Source: Candidatus Aenigmatarchaeota archaeon
GTDB lineage: Archaea > Aenigmatarchaeota > Aenigmatarchaeia > GW2011-AR5 > JAHLMP01
Direction: 5' to 3'
NCBI GenBank assembly: GCA_039000375.1
Contig: JAWBTS010000005.1
Coordinates: 1,149-25,148, forward strand
Length of the DNA stretch: 24,000 nt
Every line of letters begins with the position of its first letter. Position 1 is the stretch's first letter. A model generated the notes under the pieces. The model saw nothing but the letters and a program-made list of their open reading frames with translations. It was not told the DNA's origin and did not search any database. Positions 16,000 through 24,000 of this stretch are shown here, in pieces. Made by a program: the position numbers and the translations under genes.

Positions 16000-16100
16000 A
16001 GAGAAATTTTATTTATTGAAATTTAAATCTCTTAATTTTGATTATTTTTAATTCGTAAGATAATCAATAAATTTTAAATAAATAGAAGGAGTGAAATTGT

Positions 16101-16475
16101 ATGAGAAAAAAATTCACTTATTTGCTTAGTGGTTTGTTAGGTATAGGTTTAGCTTTTGGAGTTTATTGTGGCCTTTCGAAGTACATAGAAAAGAAAAATT
16201 CTGATAGATTATATTATTCTCATCCTTGTAGTAGAGAAGTGGAAGAGTATAAAAAACTATTAGAATCGATGGGAATGCCAGAAATAGAAGAATTAAGATT
16301 ATTAGAATGTGAGTGCAGAAGATTAGCAAAAGAAGAGGCAGAAGTGAAAGCAGCTTTAGAAAGACTGGAAAGAGTTTTAGAAAGCATAGAAAATGTTAAT
16401 CGAAAATTAGAAGAAAGCATAGAAAATGTTAATCAAGAAGTAGAAAGATTATTAGAAGAATTAGAAAATAGATAG
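16101..16475 (+). CDS. Membrane-anchored coiled-coil protein (hypothetical)
   Basis: N-terminal TM segment LLSGLLGIGLAFGVYCGL, then an E/L/K-rich helix containing a duplicated 11-aa unit. GGAGTGA SD upstream. Confidence 0.65.
   Translation: MRKKFTYLLSGLLGIGLAFGVYCGLSKYIEKKNSDRLYYSHPCSREVEEYKKLLESMGMPEIEELRLLECECRRLAKEEAEVKAALERLERVLESIENVNRKLEESIENVNQEVERLLEELENR
16380..16434 (+). repeat. Tandem 33-bp duplication inside the CDS
   Basis: GAAAGCATAGAAAATGTTAATC occurs at 16380-16401 and 16413-16434, encoding ESIENVN twice. Confidence 0.8.
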
Positions 16476-16516
16476 AGAAAAACCGAGAAATCAGATGTAG
16501 CTACAAAGTAGTTATA

Positions 16517-16590
16517 TGGGATGGGTGGGATTTGAACCCACGACACCACGGTCTTCAGCCGTGCGCTCTCCCAGGCTGAGCTACCATCCC
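16517..16590 (-). tRNA. tRNA-Phe(GAA), intronless
   Basis: Reverse complement: GGGAUGG UA GCUC AGCCUGGGA GAGC G CACGG CUGAAGA CCGUG GUGUC GUGGG UUCAAAU CCCAC CCAUCCC A. Confidence 0.95.
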
Positions 16591-16657
16591 TTAAAATTTT
16601 CTCTTATTACTTCTTTCATGCACTCTTGGCACGTGAGGGAGTTTCAATCCATTTCCA

Positions 16658-16844
16658 CGCCCTTGGCAGGATTTTTGCGATTTTCACATCGAAAATCTCT
16701 TTTAACTATTATTTTTTTATTCTTAATAATTTTACAATTTCTCCTCTTGCTTCAAATTCATTCCCAAAACATGATGTGAAAATCGCTTCGAACCTGCGAC
16801 CTTCTGGTTAACAGCCAGACGCTCTACCACTGAGCTACAAGGGC
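16658..16844 (-). tRNA. tRNA-Asn(GUU) with a 115-nt intron in the T-loop (59/60)
   Basis: GCCCUUG UA GCUC AGUGGUA GAGC G UCUGG CUGUUAA CCAGA AGGUC GCAGG UUCGAA[115 nt]U CCUGC CAAGGGC G. All stems are complementary and the mature RNA is 72 nt. Confidence 0.8.
16672..16786 (-). other. tRNA-Asn T-loop intron
   Basis: Closed by a 13-14 bp helix: 16677-16690 pairs with 16773-16786. The BHB register has a central helix UUCG/CAAA (one C.A mismatch) and bulges AA|G and AA|U. Confidence 0.7.
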
Positions 16845-16904
16845 TTTAGCAAGCTATATAAGTAGTTTTATATCTTGATGAAATTTAAATTATTTATGCA
16901 AAAT

Positions 16905-17555
16905 TCATTTTCTCCAATTTATTATCTCTGATAAAATTTTTTCAACATTATCCTTTGTTTTTATTTCATCCTTTAGCGTGTCGATAATCTCGCAAAGTCT
17001 TTGGAGAAATTCATAATCTAAAAAACTAACTTTATTTTCTAAGAAACTTTTTATAAACTCTGCGTTCCACTCATCGATATTATAAAATGTTAGCCAACAT
17101 AGATTTGCTTCAACCCAACTTACAAAATCCTTTGGTTCTATCTTTATTGCCTCATAACATTTTTTATAAAATACAAGATCAGGATAATGCTTCGCTGCTT
17201 CACGATCTACAATAAAATTTTCCATTGCCTTTATTATTCTTTTTTCCTCATCGCTTTTTGCAAAGATATTATCATAATTTATTCCTTTAATCTTCATTAT
17301 CAAGTGATAAAGACTATGAATTATTATGCTTTTTATCCCTTTTTCATCCACGTTTTTTATAAAATCATGATCGTAATTGAAGTATATTTTACCCTTTTTA
17401 TTTACTTCATCAAATTCTACAGCATCATTATCGGAAAGAGTAACCTCAAGCTCTTCTATTCTCCAAGGAAAATAAAATGATTTGAATACTTCATCAAATA
17501 TTTGCATGAAAAGTATAGATCTCGTATCTTTCTCGTAATTTTTGATAAGTTTCAT
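16905..17555 (-). CDS. Hypothetical protein
   Basis: 216-aa ORF with coding-like composition. Only a weak HSLYH (H-x3-H) motif is present and no family was recognised. Confidence 0.6.
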   Translation of the reverse strand: MKLIKNYEKDTRSILFMQIFDEVFKSFYFPWRIEELEVTLSDNDAVEFDEVNKKGKIYFNYDHDFIKNVDEKGIKSIIIHSLYHLIMKIKGINYDNIFAKSDEEKRIIKAMENFIVDREAAKHYPDLVFYKKCYEAIKIEPKDFVSWVEANLCWLTFYNIDEWNAEFIKSFLENKVSFLDYEFLQRLCEIIDTLKDEIKTKDNVEKILSEIINWRK

Positions 17556-17698
17556 AGATTTAAATATAATTAAAGAAAAATTTAAGTTAATTCTTTGCTA
17601 TCTGCAAAAGCTAGGCAATATTTAATTTCCAACAGAAATAAATCTATAAATACAATCAAATTTAAAATTAATTAAGTAAGAAAATGAAGTGATTTTAG

Positions 17699-18079
17699 AT
17701 GGCAGTAGACAAAAGAACAGAGATGATTATACAAGAGATAGTTAGAAGAATAAATAGAACAGACGATAGATTAAGAATTCTTGAACAAAGAGTAAAGGTT
17801 ATGGACTCTTCCTTATCTTCCTTAGAGGCTTCTAACATAAAACAAACAAATGAATTAAAAGATAAGATTCTAACAGTAGAGACAAAGATAAAGTTAATGA
17901 GTGAAAAGCTTGATAAAATAGAAAATCTTGTAGAGAAGTTAAATGAAAATCTAAAGAATTATGCTAAACGCTCGGATATAAAAGAAATAGAAGAGATGTT
18001 CTCTCTTTTAAATCCAATAAAAAATGAATTTGTCACAAGAAAAGAGCTATTAGAAATTTTGAGAGAAGAGAAAACATAA
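17699..18079 (+). CDS. Coiled-coil protein (hypothetical)
   Basis: 126 aa with heptad-rich sequence (RLRILEQRVKVMDSSLSSLEASNIKQTNELKDKILTVETKIKLMSEKLDKIENLVEKLNENL). GTGAT SD upstream. Confidence 0.65.
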   Translation: MAVDKRTEMIIQEIVRRINRTDDRLRILEQRVKVMDSSLSSLEASNIKQTNELKDKILTVETKIKLMSEKLDKIENLVEKLNENLKNYAKRSDIKEIEEMFSLLNPIKNEFVTRKELLEILREEKT

Positions 18080-18144
18080 TTGAAAGTTTTAAATAAATGC
18101 TCGAAAATATAAATTTAAAGGAGATATAATTTTTTATATTAAAG

Positions 18145-18942
18145 ATGATGAAAATGCCTCTTTTCAAGAAAAAACCAAAAATTCCAGGACCAGTACCATT
18201 AAGAGAGATTCAATCTTTGAGAAATGCTGGCTTAAGTGATAAAGAGATTATTAAAAGGTTAAAAGATAAGGGTTATGATTACAATGAGATTGAAAGAGCT
18301 TTGCTGCAATCAATAAGAAGTGAGGTAACCTCTACTAGTGCTAGAACAGAAGAGACGCGATCCACGAGTCCTTCTGAGTCTCCTAGTTTTGGAGATATTT
18401 TTACTAGCGCATCAAAAGAAACACAAGGATATGACTTGGAAAGAAGAACATCTATGCCAGCGCAAACTTCAAGTAGATATGGAGGATTCCAAGAAGATAT
18501 GGAAGATTTTACAGATCTTTTTGGTTCTAGCACAAGCTTTGAAACTCCTGTAGAAGGAGAAGAAACTGTCTCGCCAGAGGTTACAATAGAAGAGATTGTT
18601 GAAGGTGTTATAGGAGAGAAATGGGCTCCAATAGAAAAAGAGATAGAAGCATTGAGAAAGGAACAAGAGAATATAAGAAAAGAGATAAGCGAAATAAAAC
18701 TTATAGCTACAAAAATTCAAACAGTAGAATCAAAAGGTGATTTATCTTCAAAGATAGAAGAGATAGAAGAAAGATTAAATGAGCTAGAGCCAAAGGTTAG
18801 TGGATTAGAAAAAGCATTTAAACAATTCTTACCAACGCTTACAGATAACATAAGGATGCTATCACAAATAGTTGAGAAGATGAAAGAAAAGAGAAGAGAG
18901 GAATCTACGAGATACGATTTTACCGAAAGGATAGAAGAATAA
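18145..18942 (+). CDS. Protein with an N-terminal small helical domain, an S/T/E-rich linker and a C-terminal coiled coil (hypothetical)
   Basis: LREIQSLRNAGLSDKEIIKRLKDKGYDYNEIERAL, then a low-complexity region, then a heptad-rich C-terminus. The exact start is uncertain: three ATGs lie at 18145-18156 and the SD AGGAGA is 20 nt upstream. Confidence 0.65.
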   Translation: MMKMPLFKKKPKIPGPVPLREIQSLRNAGLSDKEIIKRLKDKGYDYNEIERALLQSIRSEVTSTSARTEETRSTSPSESPSFGDIFTSASKETQGYDLERRTSMPAQTSSRYGGFQEDMEDFTDLFGSSTSFETPVEGEETVSPEVTIEEIVEGVIGEKWAPIEKEIEALRKEQENIRKEISEIKLIATKIQTVESKGDLSSKIEEIEERLNELEPKVSGLEKAFKQFLPTLTDNIRMLSQIVEKMKEKRREESTRYDFTERIEE

Positions 18943-19025
18943 AAATATTTTTCTAAGATAGAAAATTCTTTAATTTTATTTTAATAGTTTTGAGAAATTA
19001 TTTTCAACTCATTTTAATTTTCAAC

Positions 19026-19994
19026 TCACTCTACAATAGCTTTCAATATAGCATTTTTTAGCAAGCTTGGATCATGCCTTCCGTGCAACTCTCTTGAGGC
19101 AATATCTTCTTTTATAATCTTACATTTTATGTTTTTCTCATCAATTTCTATTCTTCTATTTAACGGAATTTTAGAATTATCGCAAATAATAACGTCTATT
19201 TTTCTTCCAGCATAATTTTCTATTATTTTTATAAGTTCTGATGCAACTGAAACATTATATTCATTTCTTGCTACAAGATTGCAAACATAGATAAGCTTTT
19301 TTGCTTTCGATAAAAGAATAGCTTCCTTAATCCCTTTTGGCAATAGAGTTGAGATCAATGAAGAATAAATATCACCAGGAGATAATATTATAAAGTTCGC
19401 AGATTTTATCTCCTCTTTAGCTTCTTCAATAGCATTTGCATTGGGTTCAAGCCATACTTCAAGAATTCTTGCTTTTATCTCTTCTAGCTTATTTAGTTCA
19501 TCTATCTTATCTTCACCTTTTATAATGCTCCCGTCCTCTAATTTTGCAAAAAGATAACTTTCATCAGTGCTAGGAGGCAAAACCTTCCCTTCTGTTTTAA
19601 AAATTTCACAAGCTTTTTTTATTGCTTCAAGGGAATCGTTAAAACATTTATAGAGCGAGAGAAGCATAATGTTACCAAACGCGTGGCCTTTGAAATCTCC
19701 ATTAGAAAATCTCATCTCAAGAATCTTCTCTATGCTTTCATCTTTTGCAAGTGCTCCGATGCTTCTTCTTATATCCCCAAAAGCAATGCCACCATATTGC
19801 TTTCTTATTCTTCCTGTAGAACCTCCAGAATCAAAACAATTTGTTATTGCAACAATCTCTAAGTTTATTTCTTTTGCTTCTAATTCTCTTTTTAAAATCT
19901 TCAAAGATTTCAATAGATTTGCTTGCCCGTTTCCTCCACCAATAGCTACAACTTTTATTTTTCTACTTATTTTTATGTTAAAATTATTAATCAT
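19026..19994 (-). CDS. YvcK/CofD-family (UPF0052) protein
   Basis: VVAIGGGNGQANLLKSLK and ITNCFDSGGSTGRIRKQYGGIAFGDIRRSIGAL match the YvcK/CofD signature regions. Confidence 0.8.
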   Translation of the reverse strand: MINNFNIKISRKIKVVAIGGGNGQANLLKSLKILKRELEAKEINLEIVAITNCFDSGGSTGRIRKQYGGIAFGDIRRSIGALAKDESIEKILEMRFSNGDFKGHAFGNIMLLSLYKCFNDSLEAIKKACEIFKTEGKVLPPSTDESYLFAKLEDGSIIKGEDKIDELNKLEEIKARILEVWLEPNANAIEEAKEEIKSANFIILSPGDIYSSLISTLLPKGIKEAILLSKAKKLIYVCNLVARNEYNVSVASELIKIIENYAGRKIDVIICDNSKIPLNRRIEIDEKNIKCKIIKEDIASRELHGRHDPSLLKNAILKAIVE

Positions 19995-20170
19995 CTAAAA
20001 CTACCTTTCTCAATCTTTTTATAAGAAGAAGAATGATATTCGCATTCTACGCAAACCCATTCTTTCAATAGAAATTTAAGTTCGTGCCCACAATTAGGAC
20101 ATATTTTTCTTTTTTTACTTTCTATTTTTGATTTTTTATTTGATTTTTTGTTCAGCAATTTTCTTTTCAT
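19991..20170 (-). CDS. Small zinc-ribbon protein (59 aa), absent from the ORF track
   Basis: Hand translation: MKRKLLNKKSNKKSKIESKKRKICPNCGHELKFLLKEWVCVECEYHSSSYKKIEKGSFR. It has CxxC...CxxC, and its TGA overlaps the ATG of the downstream YvcK-like gene (ATGA). Confidence 0.6.
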   Translation of the reverse strand: MKRKLLNKKSNKKSKIESKKRKICPNCGHELKFLLKEWVCVECEYHSSSYKKIEKGSFR

Positions 20171-20190
20171 TCCTTTTCATCTCATAATTT

Positions 20191-21606
20191 TTATTTCCAC
20201 GGAATTTGTAAACCTTCTTCAATAAGATATGGCCCTAAAAATCTTTTTATCTTTTCCAATCCATCTTTGCTTTTTGCTTCGCATCTTAAGCTTACTACTG
20301 GCTGCGTATTAGAAGCTCTTATTAAAAACCATCCATCATAAATGTAACCACGAATTCCATCTAGCGTGATCGCTTCTTTGCACTTTGGCTTTAACTTCTC
20401 TACAAGATTTTTCACAACATCGAATTTTCTCTCTTCTTCGCAATGAATTCTATACTCCGGAGTATTTTCATATCTTGGCAATTCTTTATAAATCTCATTC
20501 AAAGATTTTTTGCTCGCGATCTCTAAAACCTTGCACATAGCATAGATTGCGTCATCAAAATAATACCAGTTATCAGTAATCCAATAATGGCAGCTCATCT
20601 CTCCACATAACAAAGCTTTTTCCTCAAAAACCTTTTTGTCAAGTAGAGCATGACCAGTTTTCCAGAATATAGGAATTCCGCCAAGCCTTTTTGTTTCTTC
20701 AACAACGATTTCCGAATCTTTTAATTCAACTATAACCTTTGCTCCTTTATGCTTTGGTAGCATTTCTCTAATTAAAATTGTTAAAATGACATCACCTAGC
20801 AATATATTACCTTCTGAATCAACGAAGCCAACACGATCTCCATCGCCATCAAAAAGCATGCCAAGATCTGCACGCTCTTTTAAAACCATATCTACTAAAT
20901 GCTTATAATTTTCAATATGTGCAGGATCAGGTATATGATTAGGAAATCTCGGATCTAAATTGCAAAATAGAGGAATTACATCGCATCCCAACTCTTCTAA
21001 AAATCTAGGAATAAATAAAGAGGGGGTTGCATTTCCACAATCAACAACAACTTTTAATCGCTTTTCAAGTTTTGTTCTTTTTTTAAGCTCTTTGAAATAA
21101 TCTTCTTGCGGATTAACAATCTTTCCGTTCTTTTCAAAAATCTCTCCATCGCAAGCTCTTATAATCTTTCCTTCTCCACTAACAAAATTTTCTTTTAATA
21201 TAATCTCTTTTATTTTCTGAATTTCTTCTCCTGTAATAGCATTTAGCCCATGACAAAGTTTAAAGCCATTATATTCGGGAGGATTATGAGAAGCAGTTAT
21301 AATACAAGCGCCATCTATATCATAATACTTTCTTGCAAAATATATCATAGAAGATAAAGCATATCCAACGTCTATTGCTATGCAGCCGCTATCAACCAAA
21401 CCTTTAATGAAGGCTTCTTTATATGGTATCGATGTTTCTCTTGTATCGTAGCCAACTATAACTTCTTTAGAACCTCTTTTTATAAGATAACTCGCGAATC
21501 CCCTACCAACAATATAGGCAACTTCTTCATCAATATCTTTTCCAACAATTCCTCGAATATCATACTCGCGAAATATGAGCTGATTTATTTTAATAATAAT
21601 CACCAT
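20191..21606 (-). CDS. Phosphohexomutase (phosphoglucomutase/phosphomannomutase/GlmM superfamily)
   Basis: Active-site serine loop CIITASHNPPEYNGFK, metal loop FDGDGDRVGF and sugar-binding-like GEMSCH. 471 aa. Confidence 0.9.
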   Translation of the reverse strand: MVIIIKINQLIFREYDIRGIVGKDIDEEVAYIVGRGFASYLIKRGSKEVIVGYDTRETSIPYKEAFIKGLVDSGCIAIDVGYALSSMIYFARKYYDIDGACIITASHNPPEYNGFKLCHGLNAITGEEIQKIKEIILKENFVSGEGKIIRACDGEIFEKNGKIVNPQEDYFKELKKRTKLEKRLKVVVDCGNATPSLFIPRFLEELGCDVIPLFCNLDPRFPNHIPDPAHIENYKHLVDMVLKERADLGMLFDGDGDRVGFVDSEGNILLGDVILTILIREMLPKHKGAKVIVELKDSEIVVEETKRLGGIPIFWKTGHALLDKKVFEEKALLCGEMSCHYWITDNWYYFDDAIYAMCKVLEIASKKSLNEIYKELPRYENTPEYRIHCEEERKFDVVKNLVEKLKPKCKEAITLDGIRGYIYDGWFLIRASNTQPVVSLRCEAKSKDGLEKIKRFLGPYLIEEGLQIPWK

Positions 21607-21662
21607 TTTCTCATGCTCTTAATCACTTAACTTTAAATAATTCCATTAAAAATAAAAATTAG

Positions 21663-22862
21663 ATGAAAGGTATAGAATCTTGGGTTTGGGTAATAGGCGG
21701 ATTAGTGCTTGCAATGATTTTAATAGGAATCGCTTTGAATGTAATTTATAGTATTTCTTTACAGCAAGATAAGAATCTCGCAGATATGGAATTTTCAAAA
21801 ATAATAAGCGTAATAAATTCTCTTTGCGATTCTAATGTAGGGCAGGAAACTACACAAAGCTTTAGATTTCCAGAGATTGTAGAAAAGATATATGCAAGTT
21901 ATGATAAATTGCCTCCTAATCTTTCAGAAACAAAAGGAAATAATCTTTGCATGAATTTTACAGAATTAAAATGCATAAAGCTTGATTGCTCAATAATATT
22001 TCCTCTTATAAAAAGGAAGGAAGGCTTGCTCACTTTTATTGATAGAATATCTGGAAAGAGAGTTTATTACGAATATAAAATAAATTTTATTAGAATAGAA
22101 GAGGGAGTTGTTGCTAAGGAGGTAAGTATTTCTGAAAATCAAACAACAACTATAATTACCCCATCGATTTACGATTTTGAAACACTGATAGAATTTAATA
22201 ATAATCCGATTCTAATAAGAAAGAATAATGCAATTATATTTTTAGATGCAACCCCTTTTGTAGAAAAGGATGAAAATTTAATAAAAATTTTAGAAAAAAT
22301 ATGCGAGAATTATGGAAATAATATTGCAATATTTTGGGAAGACACTTGCATATGGAATAAAAAAATTCTAGAAGACGGAAGTATATGGTGTCCAGCACAA
22401 AATGAAGTTAAAATAGAGGATAACAAAATTATAAGAAGACTTCGAGAAAAAGGTTGTAGAATTGAAATTATTTTGCATGATAAAAAGATTATAAGTTACA
22501 TGCTAAAAGACTACGATCAAATATGGCTTTTAAGGCCAGGATGGTGCGAGATTTCTTTCGGAGATTTTCCTAGATCTACAATGGATTTTTGTGTAAATTC
22601 TGTTCCATGGGATTTCATTGAGATAAGAGAAATAAAAAAATATGTAGAAGAAGGCGGAAAAGTTGTTATATTTCTAGATTATCTTCCGAACATGAATTCT
22701 AAAATTGCTAATGCATTACTTTCTAATCTAAAATTCCATGCTAAATTTGTCGAAGGAAATGTAGGTAGTGGTAAAGCAACAAAAATATATTATAGTGACA
22801 TAACAAGAGAAATAAGTAGTTATAATATTTTTGGTGCTGCTATTATAAGACCTGAGAATTGA
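21663..22862 (+). CDS. Secreted/membrane-anchored hypothetical protein, possibly with a class III signal peptide
   Basis: N-terminus MKGIESWVWVIGGLVLAMILIGIAL. It has many paired Cys residues. No family was recognised. Confidence 0.65.
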   Translation: MKGIESWVWVIGGLVLAMILIGIALNVIYSISLQQDKNLADMEFSKIISVINSLCDSNVGQETTQSFRFPEIVEKIYASYDKLPPNLSETKGNNLCMNFTELKCIKLDCSIIFPLIKRKEGLLTFIDRISGKRVYYEYKINFIRIEEGVVAKEVSISENQTTTIITPSIYDFETLIEFNNNPILIRKNNAIIFLDATPFVEKDENLIKILEKICENYGNNIAIFWEDTCIWNKKILEDGSIWCPAQNEVKIEDNKIIRRLREKGCRIEIILHDKKIISYMLKDYDQIWLLRPGWCEISFGDFPRSTMDFCVNSVPWDFIEIREIKKYVEEGGKVVIFLDYLPNMNSKIANALLSNLKFHAKFVEGNVGSGKATKIYYSDITREISSYNIFGAAIIRPEN

Positions 22863-22929
22863 TATATAGATTTATAACTCCACACCAAATACTGTATTAG
22901 ATGTTACATTTCGTTATTCTCGGTAATTT

Positions 22930-24000
22930 TTATATATAATCCATCCAGGTTTCTGGTATTCCGTCTCCATCTAAATCGTCGCAAAATCCTGTTGAAGTGT
23001 CCATACAATAACCTTCGCAACAAACCTCTTGTGAAGAACAATCAAAATTTGAAGCACATTTCTTTAGTTTTCCCACTAATTTTATATTACCTATATTAAA
23101 TTTCTCCCTAAAGTTTAAAGTTGGTAAGCATCCTATTGAGTCTGCTCTATAATTAAATTCAAAATTTATATTATCAATATCTCCAGCTCTGGCTTTAACA
23201 AGCAACTCAGATTCTTCCCCAGCTTTTATATTTTTTGGATAATATATAAACTCATAATTCTTTATATTAGTTGATATAACGTCAATTTTGGCCTCTTTAT
23301 CACCAACATTTTTTAATTTTATTTTTATATAAAACTTTTCACCCTCTTTTAAATTTTCCTTGCTTATCTTCGAGCTTGTTATTTCTAAATCTGGTCCTAT
23401 CTCACCTTTTTTACCATTTACTACAAGTTTTTGTTTTATATCTTTCAAATTTCCTTTTATTTCTGAATATCCATAAACATTAGATAAAGGCTTATTGCTA
23501 TATTTGCTTGTCACATTTCTTCTATCTATGAAAAATATGCAATTTACAGGGCATTCGTATTCAATTGAATTTTCTCCTTCATTTTTTAGTATAATCTCTT
23601 TTGTTGCTTCTATAAAATCAAATGATGGAGAACTGCGAATTGAACAAGAAGAAGAACATATCATAGTTCCTCGAACTTCACATTTTTCTGGCCCAGTTTC
23701 TTTTTCTGCTACCGCTCTCCAATCACACACCAAAGCATCATAAACAGTTGTAGTAAAAACACCTTCATCTATTTTTCTCTTTATCTCTTCTAGATTTTCA
23801 ACCCACTCTATTGGTGGACTATCTCTAGGACCACCCTTCGAAAACCACTCTCCAGAAAGGGAAAGTGATTCTAACTTCATCTTAGATCCTATACAACAAT
23901 CTTCATAATTGTTTATGATATATCCTCTATCTATCAATCTTAAGTTTCCATAATAATTAATTCCTATTTTACTAGGATTTACGAGATTTAAAGCTTCTAT
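22930..24000 (-). CDS. Secreted protein, 5'-truncated by the window edge, with a CARDB-like domain and a Cys-rich/DxDxDG C-terminus
   Basis: The frame stays open from the tracked TTG at 23937 to base 24000. GPDLEITSSKISKENLKEGEKFYIKIKLKNVGDKEA is CARDB-like. The C-terminus is CASNFDCSSQEVCCEGYCMDTSTGFCDDLDGDGIPETW. Confidence 0.7.
   Translation of the reverse strand: MEALNLVNPSKIGINYYGNLRLIDRGYIINNYEDCCIGSKMKLESLSLSGEWFSKGGPRDSPPIEWVENLEEIKRKIDEGVFTTTVYDALVCDWRAVAEKETGPEKCEVRGTMICSSSCSIRSSPSFDFIEATKEIILKNEGENSIEYECPVNCIFFIDRRNVTSKYSNKPLSNVYGYSEIKGNLKDIKQKLVVNGKKGEIGPDLEITSSKISKENLKEGEKFYIKIKLKNVGDKEAKIDVISTNIKNYEFIYYPKNIKAGEESELLVKARAGDIDNINFEFNYRADSIGCLPTLNFREKFNIGNIKLVGKLKKCASNFDCSSQEVCCEGYCMDTSTGFCDDLDGDGIPETWMDYI

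Noticed and set aside
16516-16811. Two plus-strand ORFs (16516-16779 and 16626-16811)
   Set aside because: They lie antisense across tRNA-Phe, the spacer and the tRNA-Asn intron. The open frames arise from tRNA and intron sequence, not from coding potential.
16126-23743. Overlapping short ORFs in the right third, antisense or alternative-frame (16126-16329, 16220-16420, 17187-17480, 18279-18533, 18338-18553, 18469-18720, 19669-19998, 23495-23743)
   Set aside because: The reasoning is the same: they shadow better-supported genes on the opposite strand or in another frame.
1-24000. CRISPR arrays, rRNA genes, IS elements, diversity-generating retroelement repeats
   Set aside because: I saw no regularly spaced direct repeats, rRNA-like conserved stretches, terminal inverted repeats with a transposase, reverse transcriptase, or near-identical template/variable repeat pair.

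Overview
AT-rich (by eye about 70% A+T), tightly packed archaeal chromosomal window with about 30 credible genes and 4 tRNA genes. No rRNA, CRISPR array, transposase or integrase was seen. tRNA stems are very GC-rich against the AT-rich background, which suggests a thermophile; DPANN/Nanoarchaeota-like or Methanococcales-like are guesses only.

Layout:
- 1-2061: 3' part of a large surface protein, very dense in N-x-S/T sequons, with a CARDB-like domain.
- 2082-7396: Epd/Tad-like type IV pilus module. It has a divergent MinD/ParA ATPase, two half-size FlaJ/TadBC-type platform genes and two prepilin-like genes, followed by a ParB/DGQHR-domain gene.
- 7458-8809: a secreted Cys-rich gene broken by one in-frame TGA, then a C-terminal remnant of a DUF4143 ATPase.
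- 9106-12502: tRNA-Arg, a small membrane ORF, two tandem paralogues of an unrecognised family, a charged coiled-coil ORF, a free-standing LAGLIDADG-like gene and tRNA-Cys.
- 12503-15300: a long AT-rich leader and a Methanococcales/Thermococcales-type S-layer gene.
- 15355-16844: tRNA splicing endonuclease EndA, a membrane-anchored coiled-coil gene, tRNA-Phe and tRNA-Asn.
- 16905-24000: hypothetical and coiled-coil genes, an operon of PGM/PMM mutase, an untracked 59-aa zinc ribbon and a YvcK/CofD-family gene, and two more secreted proteins.

The strongest hand-verifiable signal is that three of the four tRNA genes are interrupted by bulge-helix-bulge (BHB) introns, three of the four introns at non-canonical positions:
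- tRNA-Arg at 30/31.
- tRNA-Cys at 37/38 and 59/60.
- tRNA-Asn, 115 nt at 59/60.
EndA lies nearby and may have an atypical catalytic motif.

Secondary signals are two same-frame gene pairs separated only by a stop codon, and a pilus locus with a TadZ-like ATPase but no secretion ATPase or prepilin peptidase in view. No function could be assigned to several genes. All homology calls are motif recognition by eye.
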